A DNA stretch of 64,000 nucleotides from the human T2T-CHM13v2.0 reference genome, Homo sapiens, in NCBI RefSeq assembly GCF_009914755.1, contig NC_060936.1; one strand, given 5' to 3'. The position numbers and the translations under genes are program-made. Position 1 is the stretch's first letter, and each line of letters starts with the position of its first letter. Below are positions 1 to 14,340 of this stretch, one piece after another. A model generated the notes under the pieces. That model saw nothing but the letters and a program-made list of their open reading frames with translations. It did not search any database and had not been told where the DNA came from.

Positions 1-606
1 CTTTCTGACTGGTTTGGCAGGGATGCAGTGGAGACATCTCAGGGTTTTGACCCTGAGTCAATCCCCTTTGGGCTGAGAAGAAGATGATTTCATGGCCTGG
101 ACAGTCCAGAAGCCACTTGTACAAACACCGCACTAAATGTGCGTGGTGCATCTGGTTCTCCCTTGTCTGGGCAGGGTGTTTGTGGCCTTCCTTTGGAGGA
201 AGCTGCCTCCCACTGCTAGGCTAAGAGAGGCAAATATGTGAAGGGGATGCAAAGGCATTCATGCTTCAGTCAGGAGGTGAGTGCTATCACAACAGTGGCG
301 GCAGCACAAATGAAAGGTTTTCTTTCCCCATTGTGGAGGTAAAAGGACCCATGCTGGGTATATGGAGCATATGGCCCTTGTGAGTTGAAAACTCCAGGCT
401 TCAGCTTTTACTGACTGAGCATTTCTTACCCTTCAAGATATTCCATGGCCTTCCTGGCAGCTATTCCTGACCATGCTGTGGATAGCAGTTAATAATCGGG
501 GACTAGAATAAACTGTTCTCTCAGTGTGGTGAGAACTGGGAACCAAGCATAGTTGAGAGTCTGAAAGTGGATTAGATATGATCAGAGATTTGGTGTTCTC
601 TCATAG

Positions 607-756
<150 letters not shown>

Positions 757-1162
757 TGATGTCACTGTGTGCATGGCAGTGTGGCTGGGTACTTTATCTG
801 GCCAGGAAGTGCCCTCCTGGGGCCCCTCTGATCTTCCTGGTGCTACCAGCCAGAACACAGGGCCTCTAAGCCACTTTCCTCCCTTCTCTGACTCTCAGTT
901 TATTAACATTTCTCCTTTACCTGTGGACATCTTTCTTCTCCCAACCCCATGCCCTGCAATGCCCACTTTCCTGCCCTGCCCTGTCTCTGCCTGGCTCGAT
1001 TGCCTCCATGTTTTTCTAGAGTGACCACATGTTTATGTCTCATTGCCATCCACAGATTGAGGGCTGGCTGCATTTCTCAACCAGTGTGCTGATCTCTAGT
1101 CTTGAAGTTCTGCTATGACCTTTTTGATTAAAAAAGAAAATAACTTGTTTTCATGATTTAGA

Positions 1163-1350
1163 CCTGTGGTTTTCAAAGTGTGGTTCCGGGACTAGCAGAG
1201 ATGGAAACTCGTTAAAAATGCGAGTTCTCGGGCCTTACTGAAGAATCAAAAACTCTGAATCGAAAACTCTGGGGATGGGGCTTAGCAATTTGTATTTTAA
1301 CAAACCCTCCAGGTGACACTGATACATGCTCAAGTTTGAGAACTGCTGCT
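1163..1350. mobile_element. MER5A (hAT-Charlie MITE)
   Basis: GGTTTTCAAAGTGTGG...TTTAACAAACCCTCCAGGTGA...AAGTTTGAGAACTGCTG. Similar MER5-type copies at about 5688-5858 and 17127-17300. Confidence 0.75.
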
Positions 1351-1354
1351 TTTA

Positions 1355-1600
1355 GAACATAGGTTTTGGAGTTGGATAGAATTGAATTTGACTATTTGAT
1401 ACTGGCACTTACTAGGCGGGTGACCTTGGGCATATAACTTAACCTCTCTGAGACTCATTTTCCTGTCCTATAAAATAGAGACAATAACAATATTCTACTC
1501 CAATAAAGTTGTTTTGGGGCTCTAAATAGACTAATGTAGGTAAACTGCTTAGCTCGGTATATGACACACTGAGCTCTTGACAGTAACTAATAATAATAAT
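1355..1600 (+). mobile_element. MIR SINE (one of many; others near 6230-6430, 8200-8350, 33940-34095, 34960-35235, 43130-43310, 59240-59600, 61130-61630)
   Basis: MIR core GTGACCTTGGGCA...CTTAACCTCTCTGAGACTCATTTTCC...TAAAAT. Confidence 0.75.
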
Positions 1601-2421
1601 GATAACGGTTACTACTCTTACTGATTTACTTTAGATGCAGAGGGAAACTCTTGTTCTCTAAGAGAATAGGAATGTTACAGAGGAAGCTGGTGAAGTTTTT
1701 TCATGCAGTTCTTGGGCAAAAGCTTCTTTGATGAGGATAGTTTTAATTTTGACTTTTAAGAAGTGGTCTAGTCTTAAAACTGTCTCATCAGTGGTACGTA
1801 TGAAGAGGAATTGAAATAACAGTGATGAAAATTGCCTTGGAAGCAATTGAAGGGGAGGTCTCAGTCTTTGGCTAACGTCAAGCCCAGAGGTTGTTGAAGG
1901 CACAGGATATATGGCCAAGAGCAGGCTGAACTGGGAAGGATCCAGTGTGGTGGGGCAGACCCTAGGAGTCAGTCTCCATTAAGGCCCAGGCCATGTGGCT
2001 TCTGGGGCTCTGAACAAAGGGAGCTTTAAGGTGGCTTCCTGTTGTATTTGTGAGCCATGCTGTGCTGAGGGCTCAGGACTGCAGCGTAGAGAGGCCTGTG
2101 CTGAATCAGCACAGATAGGCTGACTCCAGACCCCTCCTGGGATGTCTCTGCAGGGTGGCCTGCTTTCCTGCTCTTTTGGGGCATGTAAAACAGCTCGCAA
2201 ATACCACCAACTGGGTAAAGAGCTGACCCAGAACAATAGCAAGTGAATCAACTACTCTCTTGTTTCACTGGGGGGACAACTTAGAACAGAAGGGAAAAGG
2301 CAGTCTTTAAATAAGCAAACTCTTCTCGATAAGTTCACTATTGATCAACTGTTGGGTGGTATTTGATTGTACAAATTGTGTCTCCATTCCTGATGCATTG
2401 GCATTGGTCTGTTGTCTCTGA

Positions 2422-2532
<111 letters not shown>

Positions 2533-2658
2533 TGACTGTTCTGGATCTCACATGCTTTCCTCCTATGTAGGCAGAATTTGAATTTTCAATGGTGTGCTTG
2601 AATATGCTATTTCGATGATAATGATAGTAATGGCAGAAACTATTATTTTAGTTTTCAC

Positions 2659-2859
2659 ACAGTGGTTCACAACCAAGGGCAATTTTGTTCTCCAAGGGTC
2701 ACTTGGCAATGTCTGGAGACATTTTTGGTTGTCACAGCTGGCATCTAGTGGGTAGAGACCAGGCATTCTGCTCAGTACCTTACAATGCACAGGACAACCT
2801 CCACAACAAAACATTATACCTCCCAAAATGTCAGTGGTGTTGAGGTTGAGAGACTCTGG
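2659..2859 (+). mobile_element. MER20 (hAT-Charlie)
   Basis: CAGTGGTTCACAACC...GGCAATGTCTGGAGACATTTTTGGTTGTCACA...GAGGTTGAGAGACTCTG. Confidence 0.85.
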
Positions 2860-5800
2860 TTTTTACTCTATGTTCTAGGCACTGAGCTAAACAATTTATA
2901 TATGACATCATTTTACATTGTTATACTTTCACATTACATTATTTATACCCAGAGCAACTGAGGCTTAAGAGACTAAGTAACTAATCCATGATCTCATGAA
3001 TTGTAAATGATGGAGCCTGGATCTCTCTGACCCTAAAGCCCACAGGGTGGGGAAAGTGGTAGGAAAGCATTCCAGGCCAAATGTGATTGGTGGTACCAGG
3101 GCATCTGGGCTACTGTCTAGCACATGGGAATGGCTGGTTCAGCACATTTTGCTGAATGAATGATTGGTCACAGCTGTGCAGGGGAGTCTTGGCAGGCACA
3201 AAACATAAAGCTGTTGGTGGCTGCAGCTGCAGCTGTGTGAGTTCAGGCTGGCCACCACTGAAAATACCAGAGGCATGAAGTAACAGGTAGCCACAGGCCT
3301 GGAAGCCCTGGGAGGGGCTGTGTTGTTATGGATCTTTTAAGTGATACAGGGAGGCCATGCAAACTCCAATAGAGAACAGTGTTCACTGTGGGCCTGCCCA
3401 TGTATGTGGCTGTTAACCTGAGGCCCTGAGGAAGAAAAGAAGATCTGCCCATTTGGGGAAATGGCATCTCTCCTTGCCCGTGTTGAACTGTTCTGAAACA
3501 AAGGGACCTCTGTAATTCCTTTTGTCAATTAAAATTAATAAGCCTCCTATTAGTGGAAATCCTTTAACTATGTCTCAACGTTGTAATGGAGATGAAGTGA
3601 TGATAGAAATGAGGTAAAACACTTATGTGTTCAGCAATCCCAGGGTTAGGGAAGGACATGCACACCCCAGGCTGCATTTTTGTGGGTTCTGACATAACAT
3701 GCAGCAAATGAGGATCATCTGGGGCAGAGGCAGGTGGGGCCTTCTCCTTGCATCATAAGCCAATACAGAGGTGCCTGTCCATCCCTCTGCAGGGGCCAGG
3801 GCCATCTTTGACATCTTATTTGATGTAATCTGGAATTGCCTTGCTGTGCTGACAAATCTGATTTAAAGTAAAGTCTGGAAACCCAGGTTGCATATTGTTT
3901 CTCTTAGGAAGGAATAGAGACAGATAATGCCATTCTTTTCAGAGTTAGCATAGCTAAGGTATCATGACAGTACTCTCCAGAGCTGTATAACTTATGCTTC
4001 AGACAGATAGTCTGCTAGTCACCTGCATACTTGGAATAATTTACCTAGTGACAAGGTTTCTCCATTTGCTGCTGACAGCTCCTGCAAAGCTATACGCAGC
4101 TGCTGTACAAGTCCACACAACAGCAACATGAGAGGGAGGGAGCTCCACTCTCTAGCATTCTGTTTACCAAAAACTCTGTTAATTGGCACCTCCTCAAATC
4201 CAAAGCACAATGATAATGAGATCATAATGATGACTTTGAGAAGTCGAAAGTTCCATGATTCATATTCGGTGTGAGTACCAAAAATATTAAATTTACTCAG
4301 CATAGTTTGGGTGTCATGCTATTCACTAAATTTTTATTTCAAAAAATGATTGTATTCCAGATCTGATAGTCTTCTCCCAGACACAATTTTGGTTAGAGAG
4401 AATACCCTATTCTACAAGTGTGCTGTATAACACAAAAGTTACCCTAACAGCATTGAGAAGATAAGGATTACTAACATCAACCATTCATCCCCCCACTAGA
4501 AATATCTTATTGATATTATTTCATTCAAACTCTGAAACACAGAAGTGAAAATGAATGCAGACTTTTCGGTTTATTTAATTGTTTAAGAAATGGCATTATT
4601 GTTTGAATTAGTGAGTTTTAGAAATGTCCACAGAATACATTTTTTGCCACCTGAGATTCTAGAGGGGCCTATACAGGTGCATACAAATGGGTTGGGCAGA
4701 GGGCAGACCAGCCAACATTCTACAAAAGAGCCAGATGTGGCCTCTTAGGCCATGGCCTGGTTCTGTTAGTTTAAGCTCCGGAATGAAGAATGGGAAGAAA
4801 AATTTGACAAAGACACTACAAGCCCTGACTACATTAAATGGAGAAATGAAAACTGCATTTAAGCAAATCCAGACTTGTTCTGTGGCCTAAGAACCACTTG
4901 TCCTAATGGCAGAGATTGGCATTTTACTATTTGGTAAGGGTGATTGTATGAGGGTTAGACCTAGATGAGTTCCAGGTCTCCAGGAAGGGTCCAGAATTCT
5001 GACCAAGCTTGTCAGAATTCTGCTTGGAGAGAGAATGGTGGGCAGGACCCAGTAATTATTCATCTGGGTTGTCAATCAAAACAGCTTTAGAAGTATATTA
5101 TGGTCCTGTAGTATAAATTGACCAATTTAATGAAAATTAAGGCTTACTCCAAAGAACAGATTTATTTGCAGAGTCTTTGTTTCTGGGAGCATTTCCCAGT
5201 GGAGTTCCTTCAGTTTCCCCTTGTTAATGACTGGGCTGTTCTATCTCAGCCCCACTTTCCTTCTAAAATACTTAATTAAACCTGGTTTGGAGTGCAGTGT
5301 TGCAAGCAGGAGGGATGATTACTTTTGTCTGCCTTTCAAAGACACTCTAGGGTTTCCTCATTTTGAAAACCAATAGATTATTCCAGTTTCTTTTCCAGAA
5401 GAATAGAAATGGTCATGTCCCCAAGAATTCTTCCTCTACTGCTCTGCAAATCACAGTGCGTGACATGGGAAACCAAACCTAGGGTTAGGGAAGATGATAT
5501 AATAATGCATATGTGTACACATGCAAACACACACAAACACAGACACACGCATTCCTCTTTTGGAGTTCAGATGAATGTTTATTTACTCAAAGAAAACAGT
5601 TTATGGAGTAATGCCTGTTTTGGACTCAACAGATCTTTCTGTCAACTACAGAAGGGCAACTTACGACCAGGAGTACATGGCATAAAGAAGTAGTTCTCAA
5701 GCTTGTATTATGAATAAGAATCCCCAGAGAGCTTGTAAGAACACAGATACCTGTGTTTTTGATTCAGTAGGTCAGGGATGCCTGAGAATATGCATTTCTA

Positions 5801-6064
5801 ACAGGCTTCCAGGAGATGCTGATATTGCTAGCCTGCAGACCATGCTTTGAGTAGCACCAGCAGAGAGTATTTCTAGGTCCTTTTTCTGTAACCCTCTCAA
5901 AAGGTGCAAAAATGGACTTCCTAAGAGCTGCCTTCCTCAGGTCAAGCTCTTCTATTAGTTCATTGGCTGCTGCTTTCGAATCCCAAACGATGGTAAAACA
6001 AATTCCAGCTTTTCACTTCTAACTCAGCATAGCCTTCAAATTGCTGCTGATGCTGTTTTCTATT

Positions 6065-6140
6065 CCAATAACCTGCAGGGGGCGCCATTTACATTGTATT
6101 TTTTATGAAAGGCGTCCCCCTGGAATTGTGCAACTCTGCA
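6065..6140. mobile_element. MER91-like palindromic hAT MITE remnant
   Basis: CAGGGGGCGCCATTTACA...TATGAAAGGCGTCCCCCTGGAATTGTGCAA imperfect inverted repeat. Confidence 0.6.
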
Positions 6141-7154
6141 GGTGCGTTGCTGAGGAGAGCAGATGAAGCAATTATAGGTTAAATAGCTGCTGCTGTGCCC
6201 AGGAGAGTGTGTCGAGAATAACTTTGAGACTTTTCATCCTCATTTTTGCAAACTGTTCATGCACACATGATTTCACTTAATCCCACAATAACCCTATGAG
6301 GTGGGTAAAGGAGACATGATTCTTTATTCATCAGAGGAGGACACAGTACAGAGAAAGATTAAGTGGCTGCCCCAAGGTCACACAGCTAGTTTGTGTTATA
6401 ACATAGACTAGAATGCTCGGGTCTCTTCCCTAAATAAGAGGATATGACACAAACAATAAAAATATTTTAGACATTTTAATTAATTTGTTTTGGTGTTTGA
6501 TATCCATCAGCCACTATTGGGTCACATGTGAATACAAACTCATAATTCCAGAAAGAGGTAGTATATTGTGGCTTGCTTTCACACATGAAGGTTGTGGATT
6601 CCAGAGAAAGGAAATAAGTTCACAGATCTTATGAGAACATTTCCTGTTACTGATGAGGAATTCTCCCTAGGGCTATATATTTAGAATGTTGTGAATCTGT
6701 GGCCCTTTCCAAAATAATGTGAACATATTTTAGGGATTTGAGTTTTCATCTGATGAGAGCTAAGTGAGAATATTGCAATTGTTCCAAAAAATTAAATCCA
6801 CTTATATCTGCTGTTCCAGTATCAAGTTACCAACATGATAATAACTATCCCAAAGCTCATTATGAAAAAATTCATCACTGTCTTATTTTGTTTCCTTGAA
6901 GTGGCTCATTATGCTCAAAATAGAGAAAAATACATCACCATCTTATATGGCATACCTTTGGATTTAGTTGATTGGTTGCTATAAAAGGATTTGAGTCAAA
7001 GCCAATTTGCCATTCACAACCAAGGGGCTCTAGGGAACTTGCAGAAAAGCTCTTTGTTCAAGTAAATTTACACAAAATAATGTTCAAAGTTTTTACTTTA
7101 TACTCTTCCCCCACTCCCCACTACCCTCCCACCCCATTACATTCTTTCACTGCT

Positions 7155-7470
7155 GTTTTTTTTTTTTTTTTTTTTTTTATTTTCTTGAGACAGAGTATTG
7201 CTCTATCCCCTAGGCTGGAGTGCAGTGGCATGATCTCAGCTCACTGCAACCCCTGCCTCCTGAGTTAAAGTGATTCTCCTGACTCAGCCTCCTGAGTAGC
7301 TGGGGCTATAGGAACATGCCACCACACATGGCTAATTTTTGTATTTTTAGTAGAGATGGGGCTTCACCATGTTGGCCAGGCTGGTCTTGAACTCCTGACC
7401 TCAGGTGATCCACACACCTCAGCCTCCCAAAGTGCTGGGATTACAGGTGTGAGCCACCACACACCTGGCC
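7155..7470 (-). mobile_element. AluS (Sx/Sz-like)
   Basis: Poly-T head, full dimer, TSD TCTTTCACTGCT at 7143-7154 and 7471-7482. Confidence 0.92.
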
Positions 7471-8897
7471 TCTTTCACTGCTTCTGTTTATCAAGTATCA
7501 ATGGTTGAGTCTTCCAAGCAGCTCAGGGTTCAGACACTTGGGATTGAATTAGGAAATTGAAGACATCAAAAAGTTCTTTAAACCCAAACTAAGAAATAAA
7601 CTTTGTGGTTTCTTTTAATTATTTTTAAAATTGTAACAAATGCATATGACAAAAACACTCAAACAATACCAAGAGAGTATATAGTGAAAGGTGAATCTCC
7701 CTCCTACCACTGTTTCTCCATCTCCCAGGCTCCATCCTTGAGGAAACCATTGTTATTGGTTTCCTGAGTAGTCTTCAGAGAAAATCTATGCATATTCAGG
7801 TGCTGAGCCTGCAATGTATCATATACCACCAGAAAGGTAAAAAGTCAAGTATTAGTACTGACTTTTTAGATAATCAGGATCACAACTGTTTGTCTAAAGT
7901 TGTGACAGCCTGCCTCAATCATAAAAATACATCATAATTTTAAAAACAAATTAATTTTGTTGTGAGGATTTTGAGGGATTTAGAGATGCTTACTTTAAAA
8001 TATTTGGGAATATATTCAGTGGCTACAGGGAAGCAGGAAGGAAGGCAGTGCAGTGGAACATTCTTTGACAAAGAATTTTATTTAAGAGTAAAATCTCCAG
8101 AACTTTGTCTAGTCCAATGGTTTCACTTGGATTTTCTTTGAAGATTGCCAGGACTACTTCTAAGCAATGCCGTGAAACAGGCAAATCATTATTTAATAAT
8201 CAGAGGACTTGTAGTTCCAGCTCCAGAACTTATTAGCTTTGTGGCTTTGGGCAATTTATTTATCTTTTCAGAGTGTCAGTGTCAATAAAATGAGGACAAT
8301 AGTACATGTCTCATATAATTGCACTGTGAATTATCGCACAACAAATGTAGCTGTTATTATTCTTCCTTCAGTATCCTCTGTGTTTAGGGAATAGTTGATG
8401 TATATTAAATATATTTGTATTATCATTTGCTTGTCACTTGTGTATGAAATCATAAATATAAAAGCATTTTGAAACTATAATAGGGCTAGCTAAATGCAAG
8501 GTATTTTTATTTATCTGACTTTAGTACACCTGTAATATTTTCTGATATAATGTTCTGATTTTAAATCATGATGATGATGACTATTCCTGGAAAGATAGCC
8601 ATTTTTAGTTTTCTTCCTTATCATCCACCTAGTATAACTGATCACATTCTTAATTCCAGATAGATGCAATAGAGATTGGATGTTTCAAATCAGGGTATAC
8701 AGAGCTCCTGCTAGCGGGGAGGCAGAGTGGTTAGGGAAGCCTCCCTGGCTCTCCTGGGCCCCGGAATTACTTGGATATGTCAGAATGTCCCACTCAATAC
8801 AGGATTCTCTTGTGAAAGACTTAGATAATATTCAGTTTGCCTTTGCTCTGAACACTAATGTGATCATCTATTCCTGCTACTGTTACTTTAATTGTAA

Positions 8898-9152
<255 letters not shown>

Positions 9153-12100
9153 TGACACCCCAGTCAGGTTTGCTGGGTGCTCCTGGCCTCTGACACACCT
9201 TGAACCGCACATCTTTACATGTCACCCACTGGTGTGAGATGAACACACTGCTTAAAAATGATGACTGAGCTGCTGGGCATCTCTGCTGAAATTGTAAAGC
9301 AGTTCCTCCCTGAGAGAATGGATTTACCTGACAGGAGCAGTGGGCAAAGACAGCATGTCATTGGCCTCACAGGCAGCAAGTCTCAGTTATTTTCCACAGG
9401 CCATTGCCCTTCCTTCCATACTTTGTCAGCTTCCAGAGCTTGCCTTTTCCTTTCTGTCTCCCCACTCATCTTCCAAGCACTGTCTCAGTCCAGTTCCTGA
9501 TCATATTTCTCTTGGATGTCTCCAGCCTCTTCCTTCTAGCGTCCCTGGCACCAACTCTACTGGCCATTATCTTCCCCAGGCATCGTCTTTCTCTAGGAAC
9601 TCTTGAGAAGCTCCTCCTCCTCACCCCTTACTTGGTCAGTTCATCGCCAAGAGTTCCGGGTGAAGACCTTTTTCCTCCGTGGAGAGGCAGTTACCTAGAG
9701 GAAACCAGAAGTCAGGCCTAGATGTCAGGAGATGGCTTCTCCGCTTTGGGCTCTCCCCAGTTACGTGACCCTGGATAAAAAGCTTAATCTCCTTGAACTC
9801 AGTGTCTTCAGCTATAAGATGAAAATGGTGCCTGCCTGCCTGCCTGACACCCTTGGCTCTTTTTTATTTTTTAACCAGTTGAACTGAATCATCTTGGAAA
9901 GCTACAACTGCTATGTAGACCATAAGGATGAGGATTAAGCTTCCAATCCATCAGCCAGCTACTAACACCTCATTCCAACTTTTCTGCCATTTAATTATTT
10001 CCCATGCATTGCTTCTACCACTTCCCCATCATCTCACTCATACTACTTCTCTTGACAGCATTTGTGAAGCTGTGTTTTAAAAGTTCCTTTTCTCTCCTTT
10101 CCTTATCCCTTTTTAGCTAATAGAAGTCCTAATCTGTTCACTATTAGCCCCTCTTCCAGACTGCATTCCTTTCTCAGTGCAAATCTGCACTGGTTTTCCT
10201 AAACCAGCCAAGGAATGTCCTCCTTTGCTTAGAGGATTCCAAAGAATGGTTGTAATTGTAGACTTTTATACTGATTGTGAAGCTGCAGTTCATATTAGAA
10301 GAGCTGTGACCTACTAGCCAGATGGGAATGCAGAGCTAGAGAGTTCTTACATACATTTCCAGATGTCGGTCCTAGATATTGTGCCTTTGAACTTTAGAGA
10401 GAGATCATCTGTCTGCATTTCAGGTCACACCAACTCAAATTTATCCTTGCAATTGGCTATACAATTCACTACCAAGTCTTACTAAAATGTAAATTGAATA
10501 TAACAAGTGAGAAAAGTCCTGTACAACCCTTCCTGCTACCACCAGGCATAACACAGAACTTTATTTACAAAAAGTCTTCAAATATTGCTTGTTGGTTTGA
10601 AGAAAATATATTGTCTTAAAATAACAAGCTTCTGGAGAACTTCTCACATCCCTTCTAAAAAGCCTTCTCCATCTAAATGAAATGTCACTTCAATCCAGGC
10701 TCTAAATGTGAAATTTCTGTATCCCCTTCCTGCTCATGGCAGCATGATAGAATAAAGAAAATCCTGGTCCGTGGTTAGAAGTCTAAGAGTTTAGTCCTGA
10801 CTCTGGCAACCACCAGCCCAGGAACTTTGGCCGAGAGGCGATCTGTGACTCTGTTTTGTTGTCTGTGAACAGGAAATGCTCATATTCATTTTACCCAGGT
10901 TAAGAGATTTTTCTAAACTCATATATGTAAGGTATTTTTTAGCCAGACAAGTCTAAGCAAAGAGAAATTATTTTCTATTTATACAAAATAAAAATTACAT
11001 GTAATTTATTTATTAAATGATTTCATATTAATAGATTTGTTTTGATAAATCTGTGCACATTTTTGAGATATATATTTGTAGAAATCTTGTCTGTCCCAGT
11101 CCACTGTTTATTACAGAGATGAGGGAGATGATGGTAATGTTGATGATGCTGATGACAGATGTGTGAATTTCATCTTCACCTCTTCCTGACTTAGTTTTTG
11201 CAACTTTTAAAAAGAGAGCCTTTCTTTCATATACTCTGGGGATCTGACCCTTGGTCAATTTGATGGCATGCATAGGACTGGAAGCAATTTCTTATTCTTT
11301 AAGAGTGCATTCTAACCACAGCTGGCTTCTGAATGGATGAGCTGCTACAAAATGTAGTGGTCAAATATGTTACCTAATACTACAATTGGGGAAAATGGAT
11401 ATGGGCTGCTGCTTTGCCCTATGTGTTTCCTCACGCAGGAAACACAGATTTCTTTGTGGATATTAAGAACATGATTATCTACAAAGTCCTGGTGGGGGAG
11501 ATCTCTGATGCTCACAGGGACACAGATCCAAGACATGGAGAAGATGACGCAGATATGACCGAAACCTCTGCAACTGAGGTCCTGGGCAGAGGAGCAGCTT
11601 AACTTGCCCAGCCATTGGCATCGTGTCTACTGATGCGACTGCAGACTGTGGAAGGACATGCAGCTCTGACGGTGGAAACTGAGCAAAACTAGGGGGGAAG
11701 GACACGCTGAACACTAAAGGCACATGAAGAACCTCAATGTCAATGCCCAAAAACATGAGGAAGTTGAGAGTTGAATACATCAGTCAAATTCTGTGGTGAA
11801 GGCTGAAAAAAGGTAGCAAGATATTCAAAAATTCAAGCCAGAAAAGGGAATCGTTAAGATGAAATGCTCAAAGGCTGTTTTGATTTTCTCCTAACCACAA
11901 TACCCGTGTGCTAGTGGAAGACAAAAGTAGACATGAAAAAAGCTCAAGAAAGTCAAACATGCAAAGTCTCCCTCTGGGCCAGGAGCCAAACGCAGAAGTT
12001 CCTTTGCTCAGGGTGAGCAGGTGTCATTTAAGCTGCTCCTAGTCCAGACTGTGGCTGGGCTGTGGGCCATCACCAGATGACAGATAGCCTTCCCTGAACA

Positions 12101-12949
12101 GACTGAGTCCCATGGACTGGAAGGTGTTGTCTGTGATGCAATTCTTGAGCTAATGATATATTATAGAAACCTTGGGTGTGAGGCAGCATGATGCTGATGG
12201 CTATTTGCATCCATGGTCAAAACTTTCCAAAACTTCTGTGGGCAAGGTCAAAGCAGACACCCAAATTCAGTTTTCAGTTTCTTACTCAACAGGCATTGAA
12301 GAGCAAGGCACAGCAGTAAGTGCTGGCCTGGGTAGGGTTCCTGGGAGGATTCAAAGAAGGCACACCCTTTGCCTCAAGTGTTTTCCCTAGGCCAAGTGTA
12401 CACATAGGGATCATGCAATACAGGCTACTGTTTATATTTAGCTTTGGGAAGACTATAAGTCCAGAAATTAGAAAAGCATTTTGTTTGAGGAACATTGTCA
12501 TATAAAATGTTTAGGTCTCCAAGTAACCCTCAAAATTTTTCTTGGCTGAAAATCTGTCTAGAGGATGATAGTAGTACCAGAGAACCTAATGCTATGTCTA
12601 GCAGTATGTCTTGGGGAATCAAGGATCCAGTTTAGAAACCAGGGACCATTTCCCTCTCTGTAGCCTGGACAGCCTACATGAGGGTACTTTCTCCTCTGCT
12701 TTTCATCTGCAACAAAGGAACCAACACTGCCTCTGCTTCCTTCTTTAGCTGGGGCCCTGCAGGTGGGGCAGGAACAAAGGGGAAAATAGGGATTGGGCAT
12801 AGGACTCCCAGGGGCCTATGGCTGAGGAACTGGGTAGGGCCTAGGCAGTGCAAGGCCAGTCCAGGCTGGCTCCTGATTGACCCTCTCTCTTCAATTCTCT
12901 TCATGTCAGGGATTGTCTTGCCATTTTAATACCTTCGTTCTTTTATTCC

Positions 12950-13830
12950 TTCTTTTTTCCATCAAAAATTTTAGGTGCCTATTACATGTCAGACACTTTG
13001 CTCGGTACTGTGCAGGTCCTGAGATAAATAAGACTCAAGAATGAAACTTTTACTAAAATTTAAGCTCCAAAAGAGAAACACTCATTGAATCTCCAGTGCT
13101 TAGGAGATCATCTGGCACATAGTAGCTACTCAATAGATATTTGTTGACTGAGTGAAGGCGCTCACAGTGATAGATATATGCACAGGGCTATATGAGATTG
13201 TGACTGTTCCTTCCAAGTATGACCTGCAAGGCCCTCCCTGCTCTGGCCTTAACCATTCTAGTCCAGTAATGCCAACTTCTGCCTTTGTTCTGCAGATGTC
13301 ATTCAGGGCATTTGCTGTCTCGGGCCTTGGTTCATGGTGTTCTCTGTGGCTAGCATTCCTGTCTTAGTCTCATCCTTCCCCCTCCCTTCCTATCTTACAT
13401 CTTTCCCTAACGCTTTAAGTTATCAATGTATTTAACAATTATTAGCTGAGCACCTACAACATGCAAGGAATTGTACTTGAAACTGGTGATATGTTGATGA
13501 ACCATGACCTTAAACATGTCCTCACTCTCACGGGGTGTATGTGATATAGGAGAAGACAAAGAATGAAGTTGACACAATTAGTTGTCTTGTAATTGTGACT
13601 CATGCTATGAAGGAGAACTGGTGCTATGAGCACATAAAGCAGAGGAACTTTGCCTAGACTTGGAGGTCAAGAGATCCTTCTCTGAGAAACAATGCTTACA
13701 TTGGTGAAGGGGAAGGCAGGGGAATGGGAAGGAAGAGCTTTTGAGTCTGGGAAAACAGCATGAACAAAGGCTGGAAAGTGAAAGGAGCAGAGTTTGTCTG
13801 AGGAACTGGAGTAAGCCAAGATCTCAGCTG
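12950..13830. mobile_element. L2 LINE fragments (others near 21850-23040, 24230-24400, 34260-34385)
   Basis: L2 3' motifs such as GCACATAGTAG..CTCAATA.ATATTTGTTGA.TGA and AACAATTATTAGCTGAGCACCTAC. Boundaries approximate. Confidence 0.6.
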
Positions 13831-14029
13831 GGCTTCATCATCGCTAGGAAGCCTTCCTTTACGTGTCCCTGAGAATATTTTCAACACCTCCTCAGAGCTG
13901 TAATGATTCTCTGTGCATAATTCCATCATTGTACTATGTTTCTCACATTGTAATATAATCATATATGATTACATATGTATCTATCAGCTGGGTCTTCCTG
14001 TCTAGACCACAAACTTTTAAAAGGCAATT

Positions 14030-14340
14030 TTTTAAAACTTTTATTTTAAGTTCAGGGGTACAAGTGCAGGTTTGTTACATAGGTAAACTTGTGTCATGGG
14101 GGTCTGTTGTACAGATTGTTTCATCACCCAGGTATTAAGCCTAGTACCCATCAGCTGTTTTTCCTGATCCTCTCCCTCCTCCCACCCTCCACCCTCCACC
14201 TTCAAAAGGCCCCAGTGTATGTTGCTCCCTTCTATGTGTCCAGGTGTTCTCATCATTTAGCCCTCAGTTATAAGTGAGAACATGCAGTATTTGGTGTTCT
14301 GTTCCTGTGTTGGTTTGCTAAGGATAATGGGCTCCAGCTC
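14030..14340 (-). mobile_element. Old L1PA (about PA13-16) 3' end fragment
   Basis: TTTTAAGTTCAGGGGTACAAGTGCAGGTTTGTTACATAGG; TSD AAGGCAATT at 14021-14029 and 14341-14349. Confidence 0.85.

Noticed and set aside
9258-9721. Three overlapping + strand ORFs after exon C, and possible antisense lncRNA exons in this region
   Set aside because: No coding signature, and lncRNA exons cannot be established from sequence alone.
11471-11602. TPT1/TCTP processed pseudogene suggested by ATGATTATCTAC (MIIY)
   Set aside because: Similarity stops after 12 nt, and there is no poly(A) tail or TSD.
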